Notes under the pieces: model-generated | Databases searched by the model: none | What the model was told of the DNA's origin: nothing | What the model saw: only the letters and a program-made list of their open reading frames with translations | Position numbers and translations under genes: made by a program | Assembly: GCA_965223345.1 (NCBI GenBank) | Contig: CBDCWG010000012.1 | Coordinates: forward strand, 384,001 to 448,000 | DNA from: Nitrospinales bacterium | GTDB lineage: Bacteria > Nitrospinota > Nitrospinia > Nitrospinales > VA-1 | Direction: 5' to 3' | DNA length: 64,000 nt | Part shown: positions 1 through 9,053 of the stretch, piece by piece | Position numbering within the stretch: position 1 is the first letter of the stretch | Layout: each line of letters starts with the position of its first letter

Positions 1-445
1 GGGTAGCTCGATCATGCCGGGGAAAGTCAATCCCACCCAGTCGGAAGCGATGACCATGGTCGCGGCGCAGGTGCTGGGCAACGACACGGCGGTCAACGTC
101 GGCGGCTCCTCGGGCCATTTCGAGCTCAACGTGTACAAGCCGGTGATGATCTACAATCTCTTGCAGTCGATCCGCCTGATCGCGGATTCGGCGCAATCGT
201 TCAACGATCACTGCGCCGTCGGTATCCAGCCGAATCACCTGGCCATCGAAGCGCACCTGAAAAACTCGCTCATGCTGGTGACGGCGCTCAACCCGCACAT
301 CGGTTACGACAACGCCGCCAAGGTGGCGAAGAAAGCCTACGAGGAAAACACCTCGCTGAAAGAGGCGGCGGTGGCGCTGGAGCTGTTGACGGCGGAAGAA
401 TTCGACGAAAAAGTGCGGCCGGAAAAAATGACCGGACCAAAATAG
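1..445 (+). CDS. fumC: Class II fumarate hydratase, 3' part (5' truncated by the window edge)
   Basis: Fumarase/aspartase signature [11 protein letters not shown] (frame starts at base 2); C-terminal [19 protein letters not shown] typical of FumC. Confidence 0.93.
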   Translation, partial: GSSIMPGKVNPTQSEAMTMVAAQVLGNDTAVNVGGSSGHFELNVYKPVMIYNLLQSIRLIADSAQSFNDHCAVGIQPNHLAIEAHLKNSLMLVTALNPHIGYDNAAKVAKKAYEENTSLKEAAVALELLTAEEFDEKVRPEKMTGPK

Positions 446-465
446 TTTCTGAGACCATTCAAGCC

Positions 466-497
466 AGCCCTCTCCCTGATGGGAGAGGGCTTTTTTT
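466..497 (+). terminator. Rho-independent terminator of fumC
   Basis: Perfect 11-bp stem AGCCCTCTCCC-tgat-GGGAGAGGGCT running into a T tract, 20 nt after the stop. Confidence 0.88.
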
Positions 498-564
498 ATG
501 CCTTCTAACCGCCCCTTTTTTCTTGCTCAGTACGAACCACAATATTGGATGTTTCCGTCCAACC

Positions 565-611
565 TTGCCTTATTCATAGTACCAATATACACTAAATATA
601 AGTATATATTG
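565..611 (+). promoter_or_regulatory. Putative sigma70 promoter of the parDE operon overlapped by an inverted-repeat operator
   Basis: TTGCCT(565-570)-N17-TACACT(588-593); inverted repeat CAATATA(583-589)/TATATTG(605-611); RBS GAGGAG follows. Confidence 0.55.
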
Positions 612-624
612 AGGAGTCCGGTTC

Positions 625-873
625 ATGGCAAAGCACACCAGTATTTCTCTCGGAGAGCATTTCAATCAATTCATCGACCAGCAGATTTCCCAGGGCCGGT
701 ACGGTTCGGCCAGTGAAGTGGTGCGTGCGGGACTGCGGATGCTGGAGGAGCACGAATCCAGAGTCAGCGCATTGCGTTCCGCTCTGATCGATGGGGAACA
801 AAGCGGGCCCGCCAAAAAATTCACAGCCAAAGAATTTCTGTCTTCTGTGAAAAAAAGAAAAAAGAATGGCTGA
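625..873 (+). CDS. parD: Type II toxin-antitoxin antitoxin, ParD family (ribbon-helix-helix)
   Basis: TSISLGEHFNQFIDQQISQGRYGSASEVVRAGLRMLEE matches the ParD1/CC2985-type pattern; overlaps the toxin start. Confidence 0.9.
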   Translation: MAKHTSISLGEHFNQFIDQQISQGRYGSASEVVRAGLRMLEEHESRVSALRSALIDGEQSGPAKKFTAKEFLSSVKKRKKNG

Positions 874-1156
874 TTTTTTCCTGCGGCCAAAAGCACGTGC
901 CGACCTGGAAGATATCTGGCATTTTACTTTTGAGCACTGGGGAGAAGAACAGGCCGATCATTACATCCACGACCTGGACAACGCCTTTCAGGCTTTGGCA
1001 GCCATGCCGGAAAAAGGAAGGCCTTGTGATGACATTCGGGAAGGCTACCGCAGGCATACTGTTGGCAAGCATCTGATTTTCTACCGGCAGACTGTAAAAG
1101 GAATTGAGATCGTCCGCATCCTGCACCAAAGGATGGACCCGGATCTGCACTTTTAA
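866..1156 (+). CDS. parE: Type II toxin-antitoxin toxin, ParE/RelE family
   Basis: ARADLEDIWHFT..WGEEQADHY, GRPCDDIREGYRR, HLIFYR, IEIVRILHQRMD are ParE hallmarks. Confidence 0.9.
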   Translation: MADFFLRPKARADLEDIWHFTFEHWGEEQADHYIHDLDNAFQALAAMPEKGRPCDDIREGYRRHTVGKHLIFYRQTVKGIEIVRILHQRMDPDLHF

Positions 1157-1162
1157 ATCAAA

Positions 1163-1954
1163 TCACCCCTTTTCATCGGCGGGGCGGAACGCGTCTGCCA
1201 GTTGCAGGTCGTTGGTGATGCAGCGGCGGGAAGCGAGCAGGGTCACCAGCAGGCAGGTGACGGCGGTGGCGCCGGCGATCATGTAGATGACGGCGAGCTG
1301 GTATTTGACGGCGGTCAACGGCGAGCCGCCGGCGATGATGAACCCGGTCATGATCCCCGGCAGGTGCACGAGGCCGACGGTCTTCATGGTGTCGATGGTG
1401 GGAATCAGCGCCGCCTTCACCGCCTGCCGCACCGCGTCCGCCGCGGCCTGCGATTTCGACGCCCCCAGCGCCAAAAGATTCTCGATCTGCGGCCTTTTGC
1501 CGCTCACTTCGGCGATCAGCCGGTTGAGGCTGAGCGAACTCGCCTTCATGGCGTTGCCCACGATCATGCCGCCCAGTGGAATCGCGTAGCGCGCCTCCGG
1601 CTGGATGACACCCGCCGCGTACAGCGTCGCGAACGTGCAGCCCGATCCCAGCGCGATCGCCAGAAACGCGATTTTGCGCGCATGCGGGATGCGTTTGCCC
1701 CGCCCTCCCGATACCACCCCGGCCACCGCGCACATGAACAGCAAAATGGCAAACAGGTAAAGCGGTTCCTCGATGGTCAGCACCGCTTCGAGAACGAAAC
1801 CCACCGCGATCAACTGCAGGGTGGCGCGCAGCGAACTCAAAAGCAGGTCGCGCTCGATCTTCAAATGGTGGTACCAGGAGATGGCGACGGCGGTGACCAC
1901 CAGAGCGTAAGCGAGAAACAAGGATTCGGTCTGCATGGGAAACTCCGTGCGCAT
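1163..1954 (-). CDS. fetB: ABC transporter permease, FetB/YbbM (UPF0014) family
   Basis: RATLQLIAVGFVL, YAIPLGGMIVGNAM, TVGLVHLPGIMTG..IAGGSPLTAVKYQ; multiple transmembrane helices; start may be the Met at 1936. Confidence 0.85.
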   Translation of the reverse strand: MRTEFPMQTESLFLAYALVVTAVAISWYHHLKIERDLLLSSLRATLQLIAVGFVLEAVLTIEEPLYLFAILLFMCAVAGVVSGGRGKRIPHARKIAFLAIALGSGCTFATLYAAGVIQPEARYAIPLGGMIVGNAMKASSLSLNRLIAEVSGKRPQIENLLALGASKSQAAADAVRQAVKAALIPTIDTMKTVGLVHLPGIMTGFIIAGGSPLTAVKYQLAVIYMIAGATAVTCLLVTLLASRRCITNDLQLADAFRPADEKG

Positions 1955-1972
1955 CGCGTGCGCTGCGATCTC

Positions 1973-2674
1973 TCAGTGTTTGAAAAATTTCCGCACCACC
2001 GGATCGTTTTCTTCCGCCATCAGCAGCTCAATCGGCCCCTCCGCCACGATCATTCCGTCCACCAGCAGAATCGTGTGCGCGTCGAAGCGCAGCGCCTGCG
2101 CCACATCGTGCGTGACCCAGAGCAGCGGCATGTTTTTTTCGCGGTGGATGGTGGCGATCAAGGTCTCCACGATGCCGACCGCGGTGGGGTCCAGCGCCGA
2201 GGTGGGTTCATCGAGAAGCAGCACTTTCGGGTCGTTGGCCAGCACCTGCGCCAGCGCGACGCGCTGCCGCTCGCCGACGGACAACGTGCCGACGTTGCGC
2301 TGCAGCGGGATCTTTTCCAGCCCCACTTCGCGCACCAGCGCCTGCAGGCGGTCTGCACCGAGTTTGTGCCCGTTCAGTTTCGGCCCCATTTCGATATTCT
2401 CTTTCACGGTGCGCGGCAGCAGCGAGGGCGTCTGAAACAGCAGCCCGATCTGACGGCGCAGCTGGGCGGGATCGAGCGTCTGGATGTCCACTCCATCGAG
2501 AGTGATGGTGCCCGAATCGATGGATTCCAGCCGGTTCAGGCAGCGCAGCAGGGTGGATTTCCCCGATCCGGACGGACCCAGCAGCGTGATGCGGTTTCCG
2601 GCGTCGAGCTTGAAGGAAACGCCCTTGAGGATTTCTTTGGTTTTGCGAAGATGGATCCGGTCAGCTGCGAGCAA
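1973..2674 (-). CDS. ABC transporter ATP-binding protein, FetA/YbbL-like
   Basis: Walker A GPSGSGKST, signature LSVGERQR, Walker B LLLDEPTSALD, H-loop VTHD; adjacent to fetB. Confidence 0.85.
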   Translation of the reverse strand: MLAADRIHLRKTKEILKGVSFKLDAGNRITLLGPSGSGKSTLLRCLNRLESIDSGTITLDGVDIQTLDPAQLRRQIGLLFQTPSLLPRTVKENIEMGPKLNGHKLGADRLQALVREVGLEKIPLQRNVGTLSVGERQRVALAQVLANDPKVLLLDEPTSALDPTAVGIVETLIATIHREKNMPLLWVTHDVAQALRFDAHTILLVDGMIVAEGPIELLMAEENDPVVRKFFKH

Positions 2675-2797
2675 AATCCCTGCCTCATGAAGGTGGACAA
2701 ATTTTTCTCATGGTAGCACAGGCGCAAACGGGGGAATGGAAATCGATGTGGAGCGAGAGTGTCCTGAGTGAGGCGTTTGGCGAGATGAACCTAGCTC

Positions 2798-3811
2798 TTA
2801 CTGCGTGTACTCGAACATGCGTTCGACGCAGCGCAGGGCCTGTTGCTGAACTTCGGGGCTCAGCTCGATGACGTTGCCGGGCTGCGGGTTTTCGAGAACC
2901 TTCAGGATGTCCTCGAGAGAGTTGGATTTCATGTAACGGCAGGTGGTGCAGCTGCCGACGAATTTGCGCTCGGGAAATTCCGACTGCAGCACGCCGGTGA
3001 GCCCGCATTCGGTGAGCAGGAAAAAGGTGTCGCCGCTCGACTGCCGCACGTGGTTGAGCATGCCGGAGGTACTGCCGACGTAATCGGCCTTGTCCACGAC
3101 GCTGGGCTGGCATTCGGGATGCACGAGGATCTCCACGCCGGAAAAGTTCCTGCGCACCTGGTCGATGCTTTCAGGCTGGTATTCCTCATGCACGTAACAG
3201 GTGCCGTCGTACACCTCGATCTGTTTGCGCACACCTTTTTTCTCCAGGTGCTTGATGACGTTTTCGCCCATCAGCCGGTCGGGGAGAAAAAAGATCTTGT
3301 CGTTGTCGATGTGCTCGATGATTTCATACACGTTGGAAGAAGTCACGCACACGTGGCACTGCGCCTTCACGGCGGCGGTGGTGTTGATGTAGCACACGAA
3401 GGTGTGGTCCGGAAACTCGGCGCGCAGCTGCTTCACATCGCCTGCTGTGATGCCGTCGGCGAGGGTGCAGCCGCCGTCCGGGTTCGGGTCGAGCACGGTC
3501 TTATCGGGATTGAGGATCTTCGCGGTCTCCGCCATGAAACGCACGGCGGCGAACACGATGACATCGGCGTTGGAATCGCGCGCGGTTTTGGACAGGCCGA
3601 AGGAATCGCCCGTGTGATCGGCCACGCCGTAAAGGATCTGCGGCGCGACGTAGTTGTGCGCCAGCACGATGGCGTTCTTTTCGCGCTTGAGCTGCTCGAT
3701 GCGGTTGATGGTGGGCATCAGCGCTTCACAGTTTTCACGCGTGAACCGGCAGACCGGGTTTCCGACCTGGATGTCCTTGAGTTTTTCGTACAGTGTTTCG
3801 GCGCTGACCAT
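2798..3811 (-). CDS. nadA: Quinolinate synthase
   Basis: LAHNYV, GDSFGLS, VRFMAETAKILNPDK, GGCTLAD, YINTTAAVKA, CYVH, VHPEC; start reassigned to the ATG at 3811 just after the HIT stop. Confidence 0.93.
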   Translation of the reverse strand: MVSAETLYEKLKDIQVGNPVCRFTRENCEALMPTINRIEQLKREKNAIVLAHNYVAPQILYGVADHTGDSFGLSKTARDSNADVIVFAAVRFMAETAKILNPDKTVLDPNPDGGCTLADGITAGDVKQLRAEFPDHTFVCYINTTAAVKAQCHVCVTSSNVYEIIEHIDNDKIFFLPDRLMGENVIKHLEKKGVRKQIEVYDGTCYVHEEYQPESIDQVRRNFSGVEILVHPECQPSVVDKADYVGSTSGMLNHVRQSSGDTFFLLTECGLTGVLQSEFPERKFVGSCTTCRYMKSNSLEDILKVLENPQPGNVIELSPEVQQQALRCVERMFEYTQ

Positions 3812-3813
3812 AC

Positions 3814-4158
3814 TCACCCCGGAGGCCACTTGAGGGCCCTGCCACCCAGCAGGTGGTAGTGAATGTGAAAGACGGATTGCCCGGCGCCTTCGCCGCAGTT
3901 GAGCACCAGCCGGTAGCCTTTTTCGCTGAGGCCGTTCTCCTTCGCCAACTGGTTGGCGACGGAAAACGCGGAACCGATCCAGCCGCCGTCGCCGCCGTCG
4001 ATCTCCCAAAGCGTCGCAACGTGCTTTTTGGGAATGATCAACAGATGCACCGGCGCCTGCGGATTGATGTCCTTGATCGCGAAAAGGGTTTCTCCGTCGT
4101 ACACCTTTTCAGATGGGATTTCTCCTTTATCGATTCGACAAAAAAGACAATTTTCCAT
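3814..4158 (-). CDS. hinT: Histidine triad nucleotide-binding protein (HinT)
   Basis: CLFCRI, DINPQAPVHLLIIPKKH, GQSVFHIHYHLLGGR.LKWPPG. Confidence 0.92.
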   Translation of the reverse strand: MENCLFCRIDKGEIPSEKVYDGETLFAIKDINPQAPVHLLIIPKKHVATLWEIDGGDGGWIGSAFSVANQLAKENGLSEKGYRLVLNCGEGAGQSVFHIHYHLLGGRALKWPPG

Positions 4159-4342
4159 TTTTCAATGACTTGTTATCGGTGTTGGAAGTGGGAAAATGAG
4201 TCCCAAATATAGCAATTTATTGCGTCCCGATCCAAATAATAAATCACCGTGCGGGGAAGGCAGGCAGGGCGGTTGAAAACGAAAATCGATCTCGCTTAAC
4301 CGGTTGCGCGCGGGCAACGGGATGGGTTGCAGCGTGAAAGCC

Positions 4343-5806
4343 TCAGGATTTGTCGCGCGGGGGCTCGTTGTCGGACGGCAGCAGATCCATGCTTTTCAAA
4401 TATTCGCGGATCTCGCTTTTGTAGGAGATGAACGGATCGACCATGAGGAAGGGTTCTTCGTTTTTGCTGAGCCTGAAACCGATCCAGTCGATCAGGTATC
4501 CGGCGTGGGTGCCCATGAGGGCTTTGATGAGTTCGCCGCGTCCGTCGGCGCGCGTCCCTTTGGGCGGATTGGTTTTGGCGTGATCGACGGCGGCGTCGTT
4601 GCTTTTGCGGAACGCGTCGCCGTTTTCCTCCAGCCCCCAGTACAGGCCGGTCGCCCGGTTCAGGTTGTGGTACTCGAGGTCCTGACTCTTGAGCCAGGGG
4701 TCCTGCCAGTCGAGGTTTTCCTCTTTCTGGAATTCGCGCAGCAGCCAGTACTTGCTGGCCCAATCGACGCGCCCGAGCAGCGCTTCCGGGCCCTTGGGCA
4801 GGTCGTTCAGAATCGATTCCCAGTGGGTCAGAATCCAGTCGGTCTCGCGGTTCGTGCCGGCCAGGTGTTTTTTCGCGGCGGTCAGGATTTCCAGCTGCAA
4901 TTCGAGGGCGGTGCTGCGGTTGCCGTCGCGCAGGGTGATCTCCCATTTGAATTCCGGGTCGCGGGAGATCGAGCGCATGGCGCCGACGGATTCGGCGAGG
5001 ATCCACTCGCGGTTGGCGACGCCCAGCTCCATCAGTTCGAGCATCAGGGTGGTGGTGCCCATCTTCAGCGCCGAGGCGAACTCGCTCATGTTGGAATCGC
5101 CCACCAGCAGGTGGATGCGCCGGTACTTGCTGGGGTCGGACAACGGCTCGTCGCGCGTGTTGACGATGGCGCGGTTGTACTGCACCCAGCGGTAAAATTC
5201 GTTGGGGATGTGGTCGGCGCGCTGCGAGATCTGGAAGTTCACCTCCTCTTCGTCCTGCATGTCCATGGAGATGCCGTCCCAGTCGCGGAACGGATGCGGG
5301 TTGCACGCGCCGATGCGGCCGGCGCCGCAGAAGATCTGCCGCGTCACCAGAAACGCCGACAGCAGTTTCAGGTTGTCGCGCTCGTCGAACGGAAACGAGC
5401 GGCTGACGAGATAATTCTCGTGGCAGCCGAAGGTGGCGTTGGTTTCCAGATCGACGTTGTTCTTGATGATCGACACCTGATCGGCCCAGCCGAGGTCTTC
5501 CACCGCATCCTGGATCAACAGATCGCCCGCCCGGTCGTAGGTGATGAGATCCACCAGGTTGGAGCATTCGGGCGAGGCGTATTCCAGGTGCCCCATGTCG
5601 AGATACAACCGGCCGCCGTTGGACAAAAACCCGCCGTTTCCGGGCGGCTCGTCGTTGGCGCGGTAATGCAGGTCGAGCACGCCCATGCCCTTGGAGAAAA
5701 CGTGGTTCTTGATGCGGTTGGCGATCTCGACGGGGTCGTAGCGGAATTCATTGTCGCGGATCAACAACCCGTATTCGGTTTCCAGTCCGTAGATGCGTTT
5801 TTTCAT
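4343..5806 (-). CDS. pafA: Pup/UBact-protein ligase, PafA family
   Basis: RIYGLETEYG, FLSNGGRLYLDMGHLEYASPEC, KNNVD...TFGCHENYL, SQRADHI, IVNTRDEP, YRRIHLLVGDSNMSE, DLEYH; lacks the Dop loop. Confidence 0.9.
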   Translation of the reverse strand: MKKRIYGLETEYGLLIRDNEFRYDPVEIANRIKNHVFSKGMGVLDLHYRANDEPPGNGGFLSNGGRLYLDMGHLEYASPECSNLVDLITYDRAGDLLIQDAVEDLGWADQVSIIKNNVDLETNATFGCHENYLVSRSFPFDERDNLKLLSAFLVTRQIFCGAGRIGACNPHPFRDWDGISMDMQDEEEVNFQISQRADHIPNEFYRWVQYNRAIVNTRDEPLSDPSKYRRIHLLVGDSNMSEFASALKMGTTTLMLELMELGVANREWILAESVGAMRSISRDPEFKWEITLRDGNRSTALELQLEILTAAKKHLAGTNRETDWILTHWESILNDLPKGPEALLGRVDWASKYWLLREFQKEENLDWQDPWLKSQDLEYHNLNRATGLYWGLEENGDAFRKSNDAAVDHAKTNPPKGTRADGRGELIKALMGTHAGYLIDWIGFRLSKNEEPFLMVDPFISYKSEIREYLKSMDLLPSDNEPPRDKS

Positions 5807-6561
5807 TATTTGGCGACCGCTTTCTTTAAAGTTTCGATTTCTTTTTCGCTGACGGGGCGGTAGATGGATTTGCGTTTGCTCTTGCGGCTGAGCACCGCCG
5901 CTTCCAGATTCCAGGCGTCGAAGGCCTCGGGAATGGTTTTCGGAAGGCCGTCGTTATCGTCCGCTTCGTCCTGGTTTTCGGCCTGCTTCTTCCCCTCTTC
6001 CCAGAGCCGGCACACTTCGGTCAACGCCTTGTCGAGGGAAAAGGTGGCGAACGGGGTTGCGGCGATCTGTTTGTCGATCCACTCCATCACCTTGTCATCG
6101 CCGGAGAGGACGCCGCCTTTGGCGAGTCGATCCCAGTAGCCGTCGTAGTTCAGGCGGAAGATCTGCGGTTTGTCGTCTGCATCCAGCTCCACCAGCAAGA
6201 GCTGGATGAGATACGGGGCGCGCTGCACCTCTTCGAAATTCTGCTTGAGCACCGGCGCGATGCCGAACTGCAGCAGGCGGCCGACGGTCACATCCTCGGC
6301 GGAGCGGTTGAAGCCTTCCAGATGCGCCATGTCGAGCAGCGTCATGCGCAGCTTTTCCACATCCGCAGGGTGGCCCAACCCGCCCATGGCAATGCGGTCG
6401 TACAGCTCGAAGATCTTTCCCGGCTGCGGTGAAAACCCGAACAGCAATGCGCCTTCGTCGTAGGGCACCGCGAACACCGGCTGTCCCTTGCGCAGCTTTT
6501 CGCGCACGTAGCTGTGACGGGTGGAAATGGCCTCAATCCAGCGGAACGGTTCTTCAAACAT
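5806..6561 (-). CDS. prcA: 20S proteasome alpha subunit
   Basis: KIFELYDRIAMGGLGHPADVEKLR and APYLIQLLLVEL resemble actinobacterial PrcA; lies between prcB and pafA; start could be 6579. Confidence 0.85.
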   Translation of the reverse strand: MFEEPFRWIEAISTRHSYVREKLRKGQPVFAVPYDEGALLFGFSPQPGKIFELYDRIAMGGLGHPADVEKLRMTLLDMAHLEGFNRSAEDVTVGRLLQFGIAPVLKQNFEEVQRAPYLIQLLLVELDADDKPQIFRLNYDGYWDRLAKGGVLSGDDKVMEWIDKQIAATPFATFSLDKALTEVCRLWEEGKKQAENQDEADDNDGLPKTIPEAFDAWNLEAAVLSRKSKRKSIYRPVSEKEIETLKKAVAK

Positions 6562-6613
6562 CCCGGTCTCTCCGTTCACAGCGCATCGCGTTTTGTTTTG
6601 ATTCGGTCATCGT

Positions 6614-7405
6614 TCAGCTCCGGTGCATGCTTTTCTGATACAGGTCGGCCATGTCCTTTTCTTCGATGAAGCGGTAGCCCTCTTTCGTGATGACGGCGAC
6701 GACGGGGAAGATGTTGTCTTCCGGCCGCGCTTTACCGGTGGCGGAGTCGAACTGGCCGGCGGTCTGCAACAGGCGGATGGCCAGCGTCGCGGCCTGGTTC
6801 TCGTTGCGCTTGGCGAGCGGCTTGTCGCCCCAGAGATCCTCGTGCTCCAAAATGCCGCGGATCATCGGCGAGCCGGAGCCGGTTGCGGTGTGCGTGAGAA
6901 TCTTGAACTCGGCGCCCAAAAGGTCGTAAAAATAGATGAAGGGCTTGCCCTTGCGCAGGTCGTAGCTGGCGAAGATGGGGCTCACCGCCCCGACGCCCTG
7001 CATGGCCATGCCCACGTTTTCCTTGAGCAGCTTGGACAAAGAGCGGATCTTGCCTTCGGTGCTCATCGGCTGCATCTGCGAACGGCGGTAGTATTCGAAG
7101 TTGTGGGACAGGATGCGCGCCATCTCGAACGCGGTGGCCGGCACGCCGGCGATCGCCATCAGGGAATAGTCGTCGATCGGCAGCACCTTGTCGCAGTGTT
7201 CGTACATGATGGCGTTGCCCGCGGTGGCGCGGCGGTCGCCCGCGACCAGGACGCCCTGATCGAAGTGGAACGCCAGAACGGTGGTGCCCTGCGGCACCGC
7301 GAATTTTCCGTCTCCGGGAGTGGGGTTGTTGAGTGCGGGCAGACGGTACCCGGACTTTCTCAATAACTCGAAAAAATCGCCGGGGTTGGCATCGGGGGAA
7401 ACCAT
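6614..7405 (-). CDS. prcB: 20S proteasome beta subunit with propeptide
   Basis: G|TTVLA autoprocessing site (Thr1), VAGDRRATAGN, TATGSGS; ATG overlaps the UBact stop (TGATG). Confidence 0.92.
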   Translation of the reverse strand: MVSPDANPGDFFELLRKSGYRLPALNNPTPGDGKFAVPQGTTVLAFHFDQGVLVAGDRRATAGNAIMYEHCDKVLPIDDYSLMAIAGVPATAFEMARILSHNFEYYRRSQMQPMSTEGKIRSLSKLLKENVGMAMQGVGAVSPIFASYDLRKGKPFIYFYDLLGAEFKILTHTATGSGSPMIRGILEHEDLWGDKPLAKRNENQAATLAIRLLQTAGQFDSATGKARPEDNIFPVVAVITKEGYRFIEEKDMADLYQKSMHRS

Positions 7406-7581
7406 CACTGACCGGTGCGCTGCTTGTAGCGTTCGGATTGCTTGGGGTCCACCTTTTTCATCCGTTTCAACAGACTGTCCCGGCCGGGCCGCGACACGTC
7501 CGGGCGGGAAGGCCCGCTGTCGTGCCGGTCGGGAGTGGATTCTTTCTTTTCTTCCCGTCTCAAGGGATCGTTCATATCCAT
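7405..7581 (-). CDS. ubact: Ubiquitin-like protein UBact (Pup analogue), 58 aa
   Basis: MDMNDPLRREEKKESTPDRHDSGPSRPDVSRPGRDSLLKRMKKVDPKQSERYKQRTGQ; C-terminal R[ST]G[EQ]; RBS AAGGAG upstream; occupies the pup position between dop and prcB. Confidence 0.9.
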   Translation of the reverse strand: MDMNDPLRREEKKESTPDRHDSGPSRPDVSRPGRDSLLKRMKKVDPKQSERYKQRTGQ

Positions 7582-9053
7582 GCGAACCGCTCCTTGTTTG
7601 AGTTGAGGATTTTCTCGACGTCGGCGGAGGTCACGACCGACGACAGATCCAGCTCGCCGCCATCGTTGAACTCCACGCCCATCCAGTGAATGCTTTTGAT
7701 GTTGTCCCGCTCGTTCTCCACCGCCATGCCCCGTACCATGGCGCGGGTGCCTTCCGGGGGTTTGTGCATCGCCTCGGTGATTTCCTCTTCCGAAAACACC
7801 TGCATCACCCGGTTCTCCTGCTGCAGCCCGCGGTACAGGCCGCGCTCGGGATTGAGGTTGTGGTATTCCAGATCGCAGCTTTTGAGCCAGGGGTCGTCCC
7901 AGCCGATGTTTTCTTCCTGCATGAACTCGGTGAACAGCTTTTCCTTGATCGCCCAGTCGATGCGGTCGGACAGTTTCTCCGGGTCGTGTTTCAATTCCTG
8001 CAGGGTGCGCCGCCACTCGCCGAGAATCCATTCGGTCTCTTTGCAGGTGCCCTGGAAATTTTTTTCCGCGCAATCGAGATAGGCTTCCTGGATCTCGATC
8101 GGCGTCAGCGTCGCCCCGGATTCCTGCCGCAGCAGCACGGTGCCGGTGCGGTCGCGCGAGACGCGTTTCACATCCTCAACCGGATCGGCGAGCGTCAGCG
8201 GCGTCCGCCATTTTTCCTCGGCGATGAGGGAAAGCACCAGCCGGGTCGTGCCGATCTTCAACAGCGTCGCGTAGGCGGACAGGTTCGCATCGCCCAGGAT
8301 CAGGTGCAGCCTGCGGAACGTTCCCGGTGTGGCGTGCGGCTCGTCGCGCGTGTTGATGATGGGGCGCTGGGTCATCGTCTCGATGCTGAGCAGCGATTCG
8401 ATGAAATCGGAACGCTGGCTGAGCTGCAGGCCGGAAAAGGGATCGCCTTTTTCGCTTCCGACTTTGCCCGCACCGGCGAACAGCTGGCGGGTGATGAGAA
8501 ACGGCGCCAGTCCCTGCACCCAGACGTCGAATTCGAGATGCCGCGGGATCAGGTAATTGTCGTGGGTGCCGTAGCTGTGGCCGCTGTAATCGGTGTTGTT
8601 CTTGAAAATCTGCACCACGTCCGCGCCCAGTTCGCGGTTGCGCACATCGGCGCACTGCTGCACGATCCGTTCGCCGGCGAGATCGTGCGCCACCAGCTGA
8701 AAGACGCTGTTGCATTCGGGCGTGGCGTATTCGGGATGCGTGTGATCGTTGTAAAACCGCGCGCCGTTGGTGAGCACCCGGTCGCTCTTCATTTCCCAGT
8801 AGCTGTAGGGCCGCTTCTTGTCCTGTTCGCAGAACTCGTCTTCCTCTTCGTCCTGCGCCAGGTGGCGCACGCGAAACCCCCTGAGATCGAGGTGGGAGTT
8901 CTCGTGCCGGTAATTCCAGGCGCGGAACACACTGGGAGCCTCACAGCCCGCCAAGAGCCGCATCGATTCCTCGACCGGATCGGAGGCCTCCACATCTTCC
9001 CGAACGATGCCAAATTCGGTCTCTATCCCCATCAGGGGAACCCGCTCACTCAT
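7572..9053 (-). CDS. dop: Deamidase/depupylase, Dop (PafA2) family
   Basis: MGIETEFGI, Dop-loop WNYRHENSHLDLRGF, VLTNGARFYNDHTHPEYATPEC, KNNTDYSGHSYGTHDNYL, ETMTQRPIINTRDEPHA. Confidence 0.9.
   Translation of the reverse strand: MSERVPLMGIETEFGIVREDVEASDPVEESMRLLAGCEAPSVFRAWNYRHENSHLDLRGFRVRHLAQDEEEDEFCEQDKKRPYSYWEMKSDRVLTNGARFYNDHTHPEYATPECNSVFQLVAHDLAGERIVQQCADVRNRELGADVVQIFKNNTDYSGHSYGTHDNYLIPRHLEFDVWVQGLAPFLITRQLFAGAGKVGSEKGDPFSGLQLSQRSDFIESLLSIETMTQRPIINTRDEPHATPGTFRRLHLILGDANLSAYATLLKIGTTRLVLSLIAEEKWRTPLTLADPVEDVKRVSRDRTGTVLLRQESGATLTPIEIQEAYLDCAEKNFQGTCKETEWILGEWRRTLQELKHDPEKLSDRIDWAIKEKLFTEFMQEENIGWDDPWLKSCDLEYHNLNPERGLYRGLQQENRVMQVFSEEEITEAMHKPPEGTRAMVRGMAVENERDNIKSIHWMGVEFNDGGELDLSSVVTSADVEKILNSNKERFAWI

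Noticed and set aside
2798..4009. N-terminal extensions of nadA, and likewise of pyrF, the ATP-grasp gene, the radical SAM gene at 38161 and tpsB
   Set aside because: The extensions overlap upstream genes or promoters and read as shadow sequence; downstream ATGs fit better.
7405..8073. 222-aa ORF from the track
   Set aside because: It overlaps dop out of frame for most of its length; only the last 58 codons (UBact) have an RBS and a recognisable sequence.
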